DNA of 37,555 nt from Chthoniobacteraceae bacterium (GTDB taxonomy: Bacteria; Verrucomicrobiota; Verrucomicrobiia; Chthoniobacterales; Chthoniobacteraceae). The stretch lies in assembly GCA_031409335.1 (NCBI GenBank), contig JANNWY010000093.1, positions 1 through 37,555 on the forward strand, written 5' to 3'. The position numbers and the translations under genes were made by a program. Of this stretch, positions 36,771 to 37,555 are shown piece by piece; the stretch's first letter is position 1; each line of letters opens with the position of its first letter. The notes beneath the pieces were generated by a model, which was not told where the DNA came from, made no database searches, and worked only from the letters and a program-made list of their open reading frames with translations.

Positions 36771-37190
36771 TCAAACTCCAATAACGCTCACCGCGATCGT
36801 CCGCACATGCGGCGCGCGGCGGTGCTCGAAGACGAAGATACCCTGCCACGTCCCGAGCATCAATCGGCTTTGCGCGACGGGAATCACCTCGCTCGTGCGC
36901 GTCAGCACCATGCGCAGATGCGAGGGCATGTCGTCGCTGCCTTCATCGTTGTGGATGAAGTAATCCTGATCCTCCGGCACGAGACGCTCGAAGAATTCGT
37001 GCAGATCCGCGCGCGCGGATGGGTCGGCATTTTCATAAATGACGAGCGAGGCGCTGGTGTGCTGGATGAAAACGGTCGCCGTTCCCGTGGTGATGCCGCT
37101 CTCGCGCACGATCCGCGCGACTTCGCTGCTGATTTCGAACGTGCCCTTGCCGCGCGTGCGGACGGTGAAAGTGGCGGTGTGTGCGCTCAT
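36771..37190 (-). CDS. yjbQ: YjbQ / UPF0047 family protein (secondary thiamine-phosphate synthase)
   Basis: FIQHTSASLVIYENADP, HNDEGSDDMPSHLR, LMLGTWQGIFVFEHR. Confidence 0.92.
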   Translation of the reverse strand: MSAHTATFTVRTRGKGTFEISSEVARIVRESGITTGTATVFIQHTSASLVIYENADPSARADLHEFFERLVPEDQDYFIHNDEGSDDMPSHLRMVLTRTSEVIPVAQSRLMLGTWQGIFVFEHRRAPHVRTIAVSVIGV

Positions 37191-37224
37191 CGGCACGCCA
37201 ATGCTGCCACGACTTTGCGCAATG

Positions 37225-37250
37225 TGACACGGGCTTTCCAGCCTGTGTCA
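37225..37250. repeat. Short REP-like hairpin
   Basis: tgacacgggc-tttcca-gcctgtgtca. Shares a gggc..tcc.gcctg core with the 17150 units. Confidence 0.5.
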
Positions 37251-37254
37251 TGTT

Positions 37255-37555
37255 TCAATGCGTCACCTTCACGCGCAGGTAGCGCGAGGCGGTGGTGGGG
37301 GAAAGGTTCACGGTGTCGCGCACTTCCACGGTCTTGAGTCCGGGCGTCGCGTCATCGCCGCCGACGTAGCCGGGGCCGGTGGTGACGCCGCCGAGCGTGC
37401 TCGCGGCCACGGTCGTCCACGGGCCGGCGGGGCTGTCGGCGGACTGCACTTCGAGCGTCACGTCGTTGCGCGCCGGGTCGCGCGTGAAGAACATCCGCAG
37501 CCGTTCGCCTTCGGCGTAAAGGTGGCGCTCGGCGGGCGGCGGCAGGCTGGGCGCG
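37255..37555 (-). CDS. C-terminal fragment of a protein ending in a verrucomicrobial-type C-terminal domain (truncated by the window edge)
   Basis: The frame stays open to the window edge: ...LRMFFTRDPARNDVTLEVQSADSPAGPW...KTVEVRDTV...RYLRVKVTH*. Same pattern as the C-termini of the two CotH proteins. Confidence 0.75.
   Translation of the reverse strand, partial: APSLPPPAERHLYAEGERLRMFFTRDPARNDVTLEVQSADSPAGPWTTVAASTLGGVTTGPGYVGGDDATPGLKTVEVRDTVNLSPTTASRYLRVKVTH

Noticed and set aside
1..37555. tRNA/rRNA genes, transposases, integrases, phage genes
   Set aside because: None recognised by eye. A covariance-model search was not possible.

Overview
GC-rich bacterial window. PEP-CTERM, DUF1501, dockerin-tailed and lamin-tail/CotH proteins, and the style of the REP-like palindromes, suggest Verrucomicrobiota (probably Chthoniobacterales); this taxonomy is an inference. 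The left part holds two paralogous giant secreted lamin-tail/CotH-kinase proteins flanking an adaptor gene and three prenyltransferase-repeat proteins. The right part is mostly ordinary: glgB, DUF1501, PQQ-propeller, M14 peptidase, OsmC, a frameshifted metallophosphoesterase, a PEP-CTERM protein next to a dockerin-tailed phosphodiesterase, and YjbQ. The standout is 15952-23996, a candidate undescribed RiPP-like or extracellular peptide system. A 71-aa double-glycine precursor with a Lys/Ser/Gly-repeat core is followed by a terminator, a C39 peptidase ABC exporter, a HlyD adaptor and an SRPK-like Ser/Thr kinase whose Gly-rich loop sits inside the C-lobe. Divergent from the precursor is a secreted lysyl oxidase with intact copper and LTQ residues, then a HEAT-repeat protein. 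Hypothesis: a serine-phosphorylated, exported, lysine-oxidised and cross-linked peptide. All calls come from motif reading only; no searches were run.
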